Assembly: GCA_041690595.1 (NCBI GenBank)
Contig: JAWLHB010000058.1
Span: 1 to 44,328, forward strand
Origin: Lentisphaeria bacterium
GTDB lineage: Bacteria > Verrucomicrobiota > Lentisphaeria > JABSQK01 > JAWLHB01
Direction of reading: 5' to 3'
Length of the DNA: 44,328 nucleotides
This document shows, piece after piece, positions 10,601 through 19,572 of the stretch; the stretch's first letter is position 1, and each line of letters begins with the position of its first letter. The notes under the pieces are model-generated. The model saw only the letters and a list, made by a program, of their open reading frames with translations. It was not told the origin of the DNA and did no database searches. The position numbers and the translations under genes were made by a program.

Positions 10601-11077
10601 GCCGCGCCAGTTGGCGCCGCCACCTTCATGCAGGTAGGCCGTATCCCAGATCGCCCCTTGCGCGTTGAAGGCGCCCTGATAGATGCGTTCGCGATCACCG
10701 CCAACCCCGGGAAGCGGGTCGAGCAGAAGCTCGATCGTGTCGTCCACCCAGACTCGCGCATTGCCCCCCTCCGGCGCGGGTCTGACCCGATTCAACAGCA
10801 GCCCCTGTGGCGGCGTCTGGCTCACCACCGCGATGAAAAGATCCTTGCCGTCGCTGCCCACCAGGAACTCCGCGTCCGGCGGCTGCAGCAGCGTCTGCTG
10901 GTGATCGGAGAAGCCGATCATCCGCGCCGCTCCCGCCCATTCGTCCGCCTCGACCTTGCCATCCAGAGCCGGCGGTGACGCCATGAATGGCAGCGTCACC
11001 CTTGGGACATGATACTCACCCGCGAAGAGTCGCAGGCCCAACAGAATACCCAGCATAATCGCGCCGCGATGCACCAT
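7643..11077 (-). CDS. Secreted CBM9-like sugar-binding + DUF6067/GH123-like glycoside hydrolase-domain protein
   Basis: Signal peptide. CBM9-like PPALDGKVEADEW...DDTIELLLDP...WHFEIALP. C-terminal barrel with SYRDYALWW...DNIYWDDTF. GGAGG RBS. Confidence 0.7.
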   Translation of the reverse strand: MVHRGAIMLGILLGLRLFAGEYHVPRVTLPFMASPPALDGKVEADEWAGAARMIGFSDHQQTLLQPPDAEFLVGSDGKDLFIAVVSQTPPQGLLLNRVRPAPEGGNARVWVDDTIELLLDPLPGVGGDRERIYQGAFNAQGAIWDTAYLHEGGGANWRGNWRIGSAVHGEQWHFEIALPLADMGVTAEELHLPMGVRICRNWQRCLVARGGEWSPLGGAYKIAATMPRVSWSESAPVVQMTRLRSENGKEVDLEVQIRNPHAEPVSVKALLAIAPANSAPSREERQLIIAPGTVETVRLQRNYDVNERLETTIHVSSPDGATDYYFRDFPWVIKRPEPMFEIETEQSQQAGFNFSYYPSHNILRLKVDINAMPEKEKVTAIRVALHPAFGNPLRESMPKTTMPEVVDGISELWWELPELGQYVDIGNSNDYTIEVIFAGIKADPLRKVFSRHAFEWEGNSLGQADAVIPPFTPIELDGTTLRTVLREHSLSPLGLLDQVKSLDRELLQGPMRLEVTVGGQTTVLSDATFSAEGAPHRAETRSQWEGVLPGSAAGEWDYDGAMRWRLTLLPGDREIEHLRLVIPLKNELCTLLHVCTDGIRFNYAGSMPSGEGRIWESGRAARNSIIGDYVPYIWAGAEERGFSVFGENDAGWITSGEGPCQELVREGETLNFILNLIDAPTMLTEPRELVIGFMATPAKPMPENWRRWAGWGVWRAPEIDDWVLSQGFLGSTITWGAHGYCLETRPRDGDVRIWEKFGETRRTGRIDYAFIENWLAGYRVDTLDPEAREAAYAKWRVNINSGFRRMVGSRLDHPHNRNLFYFNARGVRLDSAEGQTFLDEWHREAVSERGSHGYASGPAYDLDPVESYRDYALWWYNQAFETRACDNIYWDDTFMQSNFDVVGTEAYLRPDGTIQPSSGLWNMRQLIRRTAILQHERGMQPVNVPHMTNTQIVPILSFAQMNYSWEDRNSGDYQDRFPRDYIRAESIGRQSGNFPLIMMLVSGTAEEQEWQARTGTGCILVHELRPTTVSPIYWEAFTRLWRFGYGKSEVAVSTYWDESHPLTVHGLDLATLALSKPGEALLVLTDYGGGGDGSVELDMLALQLPEKVEATDLESGESLIVQGNRLSISIPRHDFRLIHLAAAP

Positions 11078-11111
11078 GTCCCTGCCTCCCCATGCCTCGG
11101 TCGTTTTGATT

Positions 11112-11867
11112 TCAGCGATTCTTTCGCATGTAGCCCCAGAAGCGCTGCATGGCGTTGCCCTGTGTCACGTTGCCGTTGACAAAGAACTCCGCCGTCGTCC
11201 CGTTGCGCCCAACCGGAACCCAGGCCGCACCGCCGTCCAGATAGCCCACATTCAGCCCTTCTTCCCGGTGCTCCATGATCGGCTTCGTCGTCGACAGGTT
11301 GATCCAGGCATCCGCGATAAGTGGATAGTCCGCCGGGAGCCCATCCTGAACATAGAAGATGCCGGGCGCAGAACGCTGATCGGGATTGAAGTAATTGTAG
11401 TAGGCGCCACCGACCATCCAGACAATGTTGAAGGTGTAGGAGCACGCCAGCCAGTAGTCCGCCGGATACGCCCTCAACGGCAGCGACCGCTTCCACGACT
11501 CCGGTCGGTAGAGCGCATTGCCATAATACGTGGGCGCGATGAACTCGGTCGACGGACAGTAGTAGACATCCGCCTCCGTGCCATACCCTTCGAGCAGCAT
11601 GCCGATGCCCACCGGATAATAGGCAAAGGTCAGATAGTGCCCATACTTGAAGGAGACCGGATTGTAGATGTGGTTGTCGAAATCGGCGGTGTAAAGCAGC
11701 GAACTGGTCGTGATCTGGCGCACTTTGCTCAAGCAGGAGGTCCGTCGCGCCTGTTCGCGTGCCTTGCTCAACGCAGGCAGCAACAGGCTGGACAGAATCG
11801 CGATAATGGCAACCACAACCAAAAGCTCGATCAGCGTGAAACCGCGACTGGTGCGTTCGGTATCCAT
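11112..11867 (-). CDS. Prepilin-type N-terminal cleavage/methylation protein (DUF1559 / H-X9-DG class)
   Basis: [39 protein letters not shown]-terminal [21 protein letters not shown] before the ATG at 11867; the ORF-track start at 11978 is too far upstream. Confidence 0.92.
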   Translation of the reverse strand: MDTERTSRGFTLIELLVVVAIIAILSSLLLPALSKAREQARRTSCLSKVRQITTSSLLYTADFDNHIYNPVSFKYGHYLTFAYYPVGIGMLLEGYGTEADVYYCPSTEFIAPTYYGNALYRPESWKRSLPLRAYPADYWLACSYTFNIVWMVGGAYYNYFNPDQRSAPGIFYVQDGLPADYPLIADAWINLSTTKPIMEHREEGLNVGYLDGGAAWVPVGRNGTTAEFFVNGNVTQGNAMQRFWGYMRKNR

Positions 11868-11980
11868 GGCAAATCCTCCCGCTCTGTTGATGTTGTCCAG
11901 TGTGTAGCTTCCTGGTATCAACATAGAAACGGAACGCCTCGACTGCAAGTTCATCCGCAAGAGGCTGCCTGGATCCAAAC

Positions 11981-12012
11981 AAAAAAGCGCCTGGGGAAAC
12001 CCATGGCGCCTT
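11981..12012 (-). terminator. Rho-independent terminator downstream of tRNA-Asp
   Basis: The minus strand reads GGCGCCATGGG-TTTC-CCCAGGCGC followed by TTTTTT. Confidence 0.75.
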
Positions 12013-12029
12013 GGCGGACAAAAAAAGAT

Positions 12030-12106
<77 letters not shown>

Positions 12107-12246
12107 GCTTCGGGCGATGTCCGCTCAACTTTCACAAGGCCTTTAAGCTACTTCAGGATTTCTCCGATGCAAACGACTTCGGGCCCTTTTTTTGGGCAAT
12201 TTTCCAAGATTCGCGCCGCGTCATGCGAGCCGGGGCGGGCACGGCT

Positions 12247-12684
12247 CTACCGGAAGGTGGTGTCGTTGAAGGGCTCGATGCGGAAATTGAAATCGATCTT
12301 GCGATCGCCGACATCCAGGCTGATCAGGGTGTTCAACCGCGTGAGCAGGAGCTGATACGGGATCTTGACCTCTCCCGCCGGCGTCGTGATGGCCACGTTG
12401 CAGTTGCCCAGAATGTCCTCCGCATCCTTCACCGCCTGCACCATTGTCCGCAGCTTCTCCAACTTACCCAGGAAGGCGCGATCGAACTCATAGGGGCGGT
12501 GACAATGCGGGCAGGTCACGACGCCCTTGTTCTTCTTCAAGCCCATCAGGTTGAACTGGATCGTCTGGCCGCAATCGGCTTCCAGGCAGTCGAAATCGAT
12601 CTTGGCAATAAACTCGGTCGGGGGTGTGGGCGGCATGGGCTCTCCGTCTGGCATGGCAGGAAGTAGTGATGGTTCCGGCTTCAC
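12247..12684 (-). CDS. Conserved hypothetical protein with putative zinc ribbon
   Basis: C-x4-C (CLEADC) and CxxC (CPHC) pairs. Coding-like codon usage. Co-directional between mscS and tRNA-Asp. Start uncertain. Confidence 0.75.
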   Translation of the reverse strand: MKPEPSLLPAMPDGEPMPPTPPTEFIAKIDFDCLEADCGQTIQFNLMGLKKNKGVVTCPHCHRPYEFDRAFLGKLEKLRTMVQAVKDAEDILGNCNVAITTPAGEVKIPYQLLLTRLNTLISLDVGDRKIDFNFRIEPFNDTTFR

Positions 12685-12721
12685 TGTACACCCGCTTCAC
12701 CTTGCCGGAAACCCGCATTCC

Positions 12722-13594
12722 TCACTCTTTGTTGCGGGTCGCATCGCTGCGTATGTGCAGGTCGCGCTGCGGAAAGGGTATCTCCACCTTGTTCGCGCGG
12801 AAGAGCCTGTCGATCGCCCGATTCATCTCATCGATGGCGATCGGCTTCACCTTCGAATCCGGCAACCAGCAGACAATCTCGAAATTGAGCGATGAATCCC
12901 CAAACTCCGTGAACCAGACCTGGCTCTTTGGCTCCACAAGGACATGATTACACCCTTTCGCCGCCTCGAGCAGCAGCCGCGTCACCAGATCCACGTTCGA
13001 ACCGTAGGCCACCCCGACCGGCACATGGATGCGTATGCGAAGATCCCCGTAGCTCCAGTTCACCAGATTGTCTTCCAGCAGCTTCGAATTGGGGATGATG
13101 ATCGAGACATTGTCGACCGTGTTCACGACGGTCGTCCGAAGGTTGATCTTCTCCACGTCCCCCCAGACGTCCTGCACGGTGATCCGGTCGCCGATCTTCA
13201 CTGGACGCTCGAACAGCAGGATGATACCACTGATGAAGTTCGACGTGAGATTCTGCAGACCGAAGCCGATACCCACGCCCAGCAGGGCAAGAAAGCCTGC
13301 CAGCGCTCCCAGGTTGAGCCCGATTGACGTAAGCGCCACATAGATGCCGAAGCCCAGGATGGTGTAGTGCAGCATCCGCAGCAGCGCATATTCCAGCCCG
13401 GCATCCAGTCGAAAGCGAGCCAGCAGCCGCCCCTTCACAACGCGTTGCAGCAGCTTCGAGAAGACGAGCGTCAGGACGATGATCAGCACCGAAATGAAGA
13501 GGGTGCTGATGGTGATGCTGCGATCCTCGATCGTGAAGAGCGGATTGATCGCCCACCAGTTGTAGAGGAGGCTCATTATCTCATCGATGGTCAT
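12722..13594 (-). CDS. mscS: Small-conductance mechanosensitive channel (MscS family)
   Basis: GVGIGFGLQNLTSNFISGIILLFERPVKIGD, IIIPNS, VGVAYGS, FGDSSLNF and IPFPQRDLH motifs. Confidence 0.93.
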   Translation of the reverse strand: MTIDEIMSLLYNWWAINPLFTIEDRSITISTLFISVLIIVLTLVFSKLLQRVVKGRLLARFRLDAGLEYALLRMLHYTILGFGIYVALTSIGLNLGALAGFLALLGVGIGFGLQNLTSNFISGIILLFERPVKIGDRITVQDVWGDVEKINLRTTVVNTVDNVSIIIPNSKLLEDNLVNWSYGDLRIRIHVPVGVAYGSNVDLVTRLLLEAAKGCNHVLVEPKSQVWFTEFGDSSLNFEIVCWLPDSKVKPIAIDEMNRAIDRLFRANKVEIPFPQRDLHIRSDATRNKE

Positions 13595-14003
13595 GGCGCT
13601 CTTTGTCCTTATAAATCACTGGGGGAAGGGCACGCACCTACTATGCGGTCTCCGGCGTCATGCTGCAACTCGCGTGCCGCGAGCAGGCGCCTCGCCATAG
13701 CGGCGCTTCTCCGTTCACGGGCGGAAATTTGCCGCGAGGGGCTTTCAGGGGAGAAGGAGAATCCTTCAACCACCCTGCGATTTTCTCCCCAGTCCTCCCT
13801 TTCTTTCCCTGATGTGACCGCTCATAAATGGCGACGAGATCACGCAAGTGGCTGTAAATCAACGACTTAAGGTTTTTTCCATAAAACAGGTGCGCGCCAT
13901 GCCATTTCACCAGTTGGATTTGACTTCCGCGGCCCGACCCGACACCTTATAGGTAGGTTTTGGGACGATTAGTGGTGATTTGGTGGATTTAGGGAAGGTT
14001 TCG

Positions 14004-14453
14004 ATGGATCCGATCTTTGTTGGCACCTGCAAATATGCGATTGATTCGCAGCGCCGCGTACCGCTCTACAAGGAGTGGCGCGTGGGTGATGAGTCTCCGT
14101 CGTTTGTCTTGTTGCCCGGCCGCGGCGGCACGATCCATGCCATGCCCGAGAGCCTCTTCCGTGAGGTCATCGTGAGCAGGGCCAAGCAGGTTTCCATTGC
14201 GAATGGCAACCAGGCTGATGCCCTCGCTCTCATGGGATCGCGGGCGCACTTTACCTCGGTTGACAAGCAGGGGCGCATCAAACTCACCCCCGAGCTAATG
14301 GAGCACGCCGGCATCGAGGATCAAGTCGTCATGGTCGGAGGAATCACCACCATCCAGCTCATGTCGCCGGAGAAATGGGCAGCCAAGGATCAGAATATGG
14401 AAGCGGTCCTCGACACTTACGACAGTGTTCACCACCTGGGACGGATCGAATGA
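14004..14453 (+). CDS. mraZ: Division/cell wall cluster transcriptional repressor MraZ
   Basis: Two DxxxR repeats (IDSQRRV, VDKQGRI). Lies immediately upstream of rsmH. Confidence 0.9.
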   Translation: MDPIFVGTCKYAIDSQRRVPLYKEWRVGDESPSFVLLPGRGGTIHAMPESLFREVIVSRAKQVSIANGNQADALALMGSRAHFTSVDKQGRIKLTPELMEHAGIEDQVVMVGGITTIQLMSPEKWAAKDQNMEAVLDTYDSVHHLGRIE

Positions 14454-15424
14454 TGACAAAGCAACAGCCAACTTACGGGCACGTGCCGATCATGGTCGAG
14501 GAGATCCTCGCCCTGCTGGCGCCACGCCCTGGCCGCTTCATCGACGCCACCCTGGGCGCAGGCGGCCACGCGGAGGCTTTGCTGCAGGCCAACTCCCTCG
14601 TTGAACTGCTCGGCATCGATCGTGACGAACAGGCACTCAAGCTGGCAGAACGGCGCCTCCAGCCCTACTCGCGGCGCGTCCGCCTCCTCCATGGCACCTT
14701 CGCCGATCTCGAACAACTCGCCGCCGAAGTCGGTTGGCGGGAAGTCGATGGCATCCTTCTGGATATCGGCCTCTCTTCCATGCAGATCGACAATCCCGCC
14801 CGCGGCTTCAGCTATCGCCAGGATGGGCCCCTCGACATGCGCATGGATCGCCGCTCCCCCATCACCGCCAGCACCATCATCAACTCCGCCGACGAGACAG
14901 AGCTGGCACGCATCTTCTATGAGTACGGCGAAGAGCGCCGCTCGCGTCAGCTCGCCAAGGCCATCGTCAACCGCCGTGCGCAGACTCCCTATGAGCGTAC
15001 AGGCGAACTCGCCGAGACGATTCGCGCCTCCCTCGGGCAGAGCCGCCGCAGTCTGCCCCCGGAAGCCCGAATCTTTCAGGCCTTGCGCATAGCCGTCAAT
15101 GGTGAACTGGAGCAGTTGGAGAGCGCACTGGCGCAGGCACACGATCTCCTCGGCGAAGGAGGTCGCCTCGCGGTGATTACCTTCCATTCTCTCGAGGATC
15201 GCATCGTCAAACAACGCTTTCGTCATTGGGCAGCCGACTGCATCTGCCCACCAGGGCTGCCTATCTGCGTCTGCGGAAAGAAGTCGACGGTACGTGAGTT
15301 GACGCGCAAACCGACGACCGCCTCCGAAGCCGAAATTGCCAGAAATCGCCGCGCGGCCTCCGCCAAATTGAGAGCCTGTGAGAAGTTGACCCCGAGTGGT
15401 TCCGCCACCCGTGACGAGGAGTAG
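14450..15424 (+). CDS. rsmH: 16S rRNA m4C1402 methyltransferase RsmH (MraW)
   Basis: HVPIM, DATLGAGGHA, DIGLSSMQID, RGFSY, GPLDMRMD, FQALRIAVNGEL and ITFHSLEDRIVK motifs. ATGA overlap with mraZ. Confidence 0.97.
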   Translation: MMTKQQPTYGHVPIMVEEILALLAPRPGRFIDATLGAGGHAEALLQANSLVELLGIDRDEQALKLAERRLQPYSRRVRLLHGTFADLEQLAAEVGWREVDGILLDIGLSSMQIDNPARGFSYRQDGPLDMRMDRRSPITASTIINSADETELARIFYEYGEERRSRQLAKAIVNRRAQTPYERTGELAETIRASLGQSRRSLPPEARIFQALRIAVNGELEQLESALAQAHDLLGEGGRLAVITFHSLEDRIVKQRFRHWAADCICPPGLPICVCGKKSTVRELTRKPTTASEAEIARNRRAASAKLRACEKLTPSGSATRDEE

Positions 15425-15427
15425 ATC

Positions 15428-15811
15428 ATGAGCAACCGTAGTATGAATCTGTATGTGCGTACGCCCAAGCGGCGGACGCGTGGAGAGACGCACCGCCCCT
15501 CCGTCGCCACCACCCTGCTCCTGCTCATGTTGATGGGTGGCGTTCTGCTCATTGCCCTTGCCAAGGTCTACCTGGAGCAGCGCACGCTGACGGCCGGGCA
15601 GCAATGGGAGGCCAGCAACAAGGAACTGAACGAGACGCTCAAGGAGCGCGACAACCTCCTCATGAAGCGCGAGCATCTCACCTCGGGCGACTACATTCTG
15701 CCGCAGGCCCGCCGCATGGGGCTGCGCCCGCCTCTGCCCGGTCAGATTCGACGCGTCTGGCCGACTGGAGACGCAGTCGATGACGCCTTCGTCGCCACCC
15801 ACGGCCAGTGA
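15428..15811 (+). CDS. ftsL: FtsL-like cell division protein
   Basis: Single TM segment plus a heptad coiled coil, ending ARRMGL. Canonical position between rsmH and ftsI. Confidence 0.7.
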   Translation: MSNRSMNLYVRTPKRRTRGETHRPSVATTLLLLMLMGGVLLIALAKVYLEQRTLTAGQQWEASNKELNETLKERDNLLMKREHLTSGDYILPQARRMGLRPPLPGQIRRVWPTGDAVDDAFVATHGQ

Positions 15812-15859
15812 TCTGCCACCCACGTTGAACCGCCACTACTTGTTCCCTTTCTTCTTCTC

Positions 15860-17623
15860 ATGAGCAGGCATGTCTATGTCATCCGGATCCTGACCGTCTT
15901 CATGCTCTTCGTCGCCGGCTTCGGGCTGTTGGCGAAGCATCTCTATGCACTGCAGGTCGAGCGCCACGATGAGCTGGTCGTGAAGGCGCGGCACAAGTAC
16001 ACCGCCAGCCGCACCAGCGCCGGCAACCGCGGGCGCATCTTCGACATGAACGGCAATCTCCTGGTCGGCAATATCGCCTGCCAGGACATCCGCGCCCTCC
16101 CCGAAAACATCAAGGAGGAACGGCGCGCCTACCTCATTGACTGCCTCGTCCGCGAGCTGGACGTCCAGGCCTCCGTGCTCCGCCAGCGCCTCGCCTCCGG
16201 ACTCAAGGAGATTGTCATCAAGAACGAGGTCGATCTGCAGACCGCCAACCGCCTGAAGGCGCTCGAACTGCCCGGCCTGCGCTTTGTCGACACGCAGCGG
16301 CGCCAGTATCCCAAGGGGCGCATGCTGGCGAATGTGCTCGGCTTCACCCAGCGCGCCAATGTCGAAGGCCACAGCATCAACCAGGGTGTCATGGGTATCG
16401 AGGCAATCTGCAACAACGAGTTGGCGCCCCGTTTCGGCAGGGTGACTTACGAGCGCGATCGCAAGGGACGGCAGTTGCACCGCGAAACCCCCAAGGCGCC
16501 GGAATCCCTCGACGGCAAGAACGTCTATCTCACCATTCATGAGCCTATTCAGCACATCGTCGAGACTGAGCTGGCCGAACTGGTCAGGGAGTTCGCCCCC
16601 AAGACCGCTTACGCCATCATGTCGGATCCGCGCACAGGCGCCATCCTGGCCGTGGCCCAGATCCCTTCCTTCGACCCCAACGACCGCCGTGACGATGAAC
16701 GCGCCCACTGGACCAGCCGCTTTGTCAGCGACATCTATGAGCCCGGCTCGGCCATGAAGGGCATCAGCATTGCCGCGGCCATCGATTGCGGCGTCGTCAA
16801 CCTGAATACGGTCTACGATTGCGAGAAGGGCTACTGGTTCTATGCCGGCCGCATGCTCCGCGACGCCGGTCACAAGTACGAGGATATGAGTGTGGCCGAT
16901 ATCGTCAAGCACTCCAGCAATATCGGCACCGCCAAAATCGCCATCGACATGGGGGAGCCGCGCCTCTACCAGGCGCTTCGCCGCTTCGGGTTCGGCCAAC
17001 CGACCGGTATCGAGCTGCCGGCGGAGACTGCCGGTATCTTCCGCCCCCTCTCCCGCTGGGACAGCCTCAGCATCACCCGTTTTCCCATCGGCCAGGGGCT
17101 TGGCGTCACGCCCTTGCAGATGGTTCAGGCCTACGGCTCCCTCGCCAATAATGGCGACATGATGAAGCTTCACCTGATCGACCGCATCGAGGATCCGATC
17201 ACCGGCGAGGTGATCCGCCGACCAGCCGTCTTCAAGAACGCGACGGTGCGTCCTTCCACCGTCAAGCAGATCACCGCGGCGTTGACGCTGGTGACCCAGG
17301 AAGGGGGCACCGCCACTCGCGCTGCCGTACCCGGATACGATGTCGCCGGCAAGACGGGGACCGCCCAGAAGTTCGTCAACGGCACGTACAACAGCGGCAA
17401 GTACACCGCCTCCTTCATCGGCTATGTCCCGGCGGACAATCCCGAGCTGGTCCTGCTCATCGTCGCCGACGAGCCCGCCAAGCGCAGCTACTATGGCGGC
17501 ACCGTCTGTGGCCCCGCCTTCAGCCGCATTGCCGAAGAGACTTTGCGCTACCTGAACACTCCCCCCAGCGTCCCCGTCACCGCCGAGACCTTCGAGCGCA
17601 ACGATCGCGTGCGCCACAACTGA
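15860..17623 (+). CDS. ftsI: Class B penicillin-binding protein (FtsI/PBP3)
   Basis: RGRIFD, RQYPKG, GIE, EPGSAMK (SxxK), HSSNIG (SxN) and GKTGTAQK motifs. Confidence 0.95.
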   Translation: MSRHVYVIRILTVFMLFVAGFGLLAKHLYALQVERHDELVVKARHKYTASRTSAGNRGRIFDMNGNLLVGNIACQDIRALPENIKEERRAYLIDCLVRELDVQASVLRQRLASGLKEIVIKNEVDLQTANRLKALELPGLRFVDTQRRQYPKGRMLANVLGFTQRANVEGHSINQGVMGIEAICNNELAPRFGRVTYERDRKGRQLHRETPKAPESLDGKNVYLTIHEPIQHIVETELAELVREFAPKTAYAIMSDPRTGAILAVAQIPSFDPNDRRDDERAHWTSRFVSDIYEPGSAMKGISIAAAIDCGVVNLNTVYDCEKGYWFYAGRMLRDAGHKYEDMSVADIVKHSSNIGTAKIAIDMGEPRLYQALRRFGFGQPTGIELPAETAGIFRPLSRWDSLSITRFPIGQGLGVTPLQMVQAYGSLANNGDMMKLHLIDRIEDPITGEVIRRPAVFKNATVRPSTVKQITAALTLVTQEGGTATRAAVPGYDVAGKTGTAQKFVNGTYNSGKYTASFIGYVPADNPELVLLIVADEPAKRSYYGGTVCGPAFSRIAEETLRYLNTPPSVPVTAETFERNDRVRHN

Positions 17624-17645
17624 TCTTCACCATTGTCCACCCTGC

Positions 17646-17702
17646 AGAAGGGAGCGGATGCGAGGCCTGAGCCCCCTCGTGACCGCTCTCTTCTCGCTTT
17701 TT
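17646..17702 (+). terminator. Imperfect hairpin followed by a T-run after ftsI (possible terminator)
   Basis: AGAAGGGAGCGG...CCGCTCTCTTCT followed by CGCTTTTT. Confidence 0.45.
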
Positions 17703-17742
17703 CACCCCATGCCCCGATAGCGGCTCGGCCTGATCCGGGCAC

Positions 17743-17780
17743 AAAAAAGGCATGGCTATCGGATGAAGATAGTCATGCCT
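17743..17780 (-). terminator. Rho-independent terminator of rpsT
   Basis: AGGCATGGCTATC/GATAGTCATGCCT stem. The A-run on the + strand gives a U-tract on the minus strand. Confidence 0.8.
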
Positions 17781-17804
17781 GGAAAGCAAAAATCAGCGGA
17801 CGTC

Positions 17805-18071
17805 TCAGCCGGCGAGCGACTTCATGGCAACGTCAAACTGGTGCTTCTTGCGGCTCACCTTGTTCTTGTGAACCAGGCCGGCCTTGGCTGCCTTGTCATA
17901 GGCGGAGAGGGCAGACTTCAAGGCAGTTTCGGCTACGCTCTTGTCACCGGTGGTGATGGCGGCGTGAAACTTCTTTTCGAGTGTCCGTACTTTCGACTTC
18001 ACGGCGGAATTCCGAACCCGTGCTTTCTCATTCTGGCGGACACGTTTTTCAGCGGATCGACTATTCGGCAT
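17805..18071 (-). CDS. rpsT: 30S ribosomal protein S20
   Basis: MPNSRSAEKRVRQNEKARVRN...DKAAKAGLVHKNKVSRKK. AAGGA RBS. Confidence 0.97.
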   Translation of the reverse strand: MPNSRSAEKRVRQNEKARVRNSAVKSKVRTLEKKFHAAITTGDKSVAETALKSALSAYDKAAKAGLVHKNKVSRKKHQFDVAMKSLAG

Positions 18072-18249
18072 AAGGTCTTCGTTCCTTGCGTTTGCTCGAG
18101 TGACTCTATGGATGATTGGCGGAGGCGGCGTATATCTTTCTGGCTGGGCAGGTCGCCATGCGCAGTTTCCGAGCTAAATTCGAGAGAACGTGTAATATGC
18201 CTTGTTTGCACACAACGTCAAGACCAAGATTGCAAAGACGAGCTTTTTT

Positions 18250-19572
18250 ATGGAGAAGATCAACGGCGCGTTGCCGTGGCGCCAGGTACACTTTGTGGGA
18301 ATGGGGGGGGTGGGCATGGCCGGCCTCGCCCTGATTGTCAGCGATATGGGGCTTGCCATCAGCGGTTCCGATACCGATGATTCCGCCAATCTCAGGCTGC
18401 TGCGCAAGCGCAGCGACCGGATCACCATCGGCCATCGGGCCGAGAATCTCCCGCCTGAGGCGGAACTGCTCGTCTACTCCTCCGCGGTGCCGGCGGAAAA
18501 CCCCGAGCGCCGGGCTGCGCGGGAACGGGGACTTGGCGAGATGCGCCGGGGAGAGTTTCTGGCCGCGATCGCCCCATCGTTCGAGACGGTGATCGCGGTC
18601 GCCGGCTCCCATGGCAAGACCACGGTGACCGCCATGCTCGCCTGGTGCCTGCAGCGGGCCGGTCTCGAGCCAGGCTACCTCATCGGCGGGCAACCCGTCG
18701 ACCTGCGCCTTCCTGCCCGCGCCGGCGCCACACGCCTCCTGGTGACCGAAGTCGACGAAAGCGATACCACGCAGCAGCTCATGCATGCCGCCATCGGCAT
18801 CGTCACCAATATCGATGACGATCATTGCTGGAGTGTCGGGGGCGAAGCGGCGCTCCATGCCTGCTTCCGCCAATTCGGCCACCAGTCACGGCAGTTGATC
18901 GCGGGCGATTCGCCGCTCGTACGCGACCTCCTTGGCGATCATCCCCGGCTCACGCTCATCGACGAGGCGTCAACGGCCGACCTGCGCCTGGCGCTCTCCG
19001 GCGCGCACAATCGGCTTAACGCGGCTCTGGCCATCGCCGCGGCGGGTCTGGTGGGAGTCGACCCCACCGTGGCGCGTGAGGCGATGCTGGAGTTTCATGG
19101 TGTCGAGCGCCGGCAATCGGTGCGGTACACGGGCGGGGGCGTGCGGGTGATCGAGGATTACGCGCATCATCCGGCGGAAGTGGCGGCGACGGTGCAGGCA
19201 CTGCGCGAGAGCGATCCCACGGCGCGCCTGCGGGTCGTCTTTCAGCCGCATCGTTATGAGCGGGTGGCGCGGTATGCGGCAGCCTTCGGCCGCGAGCTGG
19301 CCGCCGCGGATGAGGTGATCGTCGTCGAGCCGTTCAGCGCCTGGCTGCAGGATGCCTCGCTGGCCGATCCGCGCCGGATTGTCGAACACGTGAGCGGGGT
19401 GCCGGCCCGTTACGCGACCGAAGCCTACACGGATCTGGCGGCGGCACTTGCGCGCGAGAGCCAGGCCGGGGATATTATAGCGGTACTCGGCGCCGGCACC
19501 ATCACACATCTGGTGCCCCTGCTCGTCGACGCGCTGCACCGGGATCACGATCAAAAGGGTGGATCTTCATGA
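18250..19572 (+). CDS. murC: UDP-N-acetylmuramate--L-alanine ligase (MurC)
   Basis: HFVGMGGVGMAGLA, SGSD, YSSAV, AGSHGKTT, EVDESD, TNIDDDH, GVERR, EDYAHHP and FQPHRY motifs. Confidence 0.92.
   Translation: MEKINGALPWRQVHFVGMGGVGMAGLALIVSDMGLAISGSDTDDSANLRLLRKRSDRITIGHRAENLPPEAELLVYSSAVPAENPERRAARERGLGEMRRGEFLAAIAPSFETVIAVAGSHGKTTVTAMLAWCLQRAGLEPGYLIGGQPVDLRLPARAGATRLLVTEVDESDTTQQLMHAAIGIVTNIDDDHCWSVGGEAALHACFRQFGHQSRQLIAGDSPLVRDLLGDHPRLTLIDEASTADLRLALSGAHNRLNAALAIAAAGLVGVDPTVAREAMLEFHGVERRQSVRYTGGGVRVIEDYAHHPAEVAATVQALRESDPTARLRVVFQPHRYERVARYAAAFGRELAAADEVIVVEPFSAWLQDASLADPRRIVEHVSGVPARYATEAYTDLAAALARESQAGDIIAVLGAGTITHLVPLLVDALHRDHDQKGGSS

Noticed and set aside
14429..17617. 464-aa and 593-aa minus-strand ORFs
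   Set aside because: Shadows of rsmH/ftsL and ftsI.
18072..18190. Long rpsT leader as a riboswitch or ncRNA
   Set aside because: No recognisable family consensus by eye. An Rfam/Infernal search would be needed.
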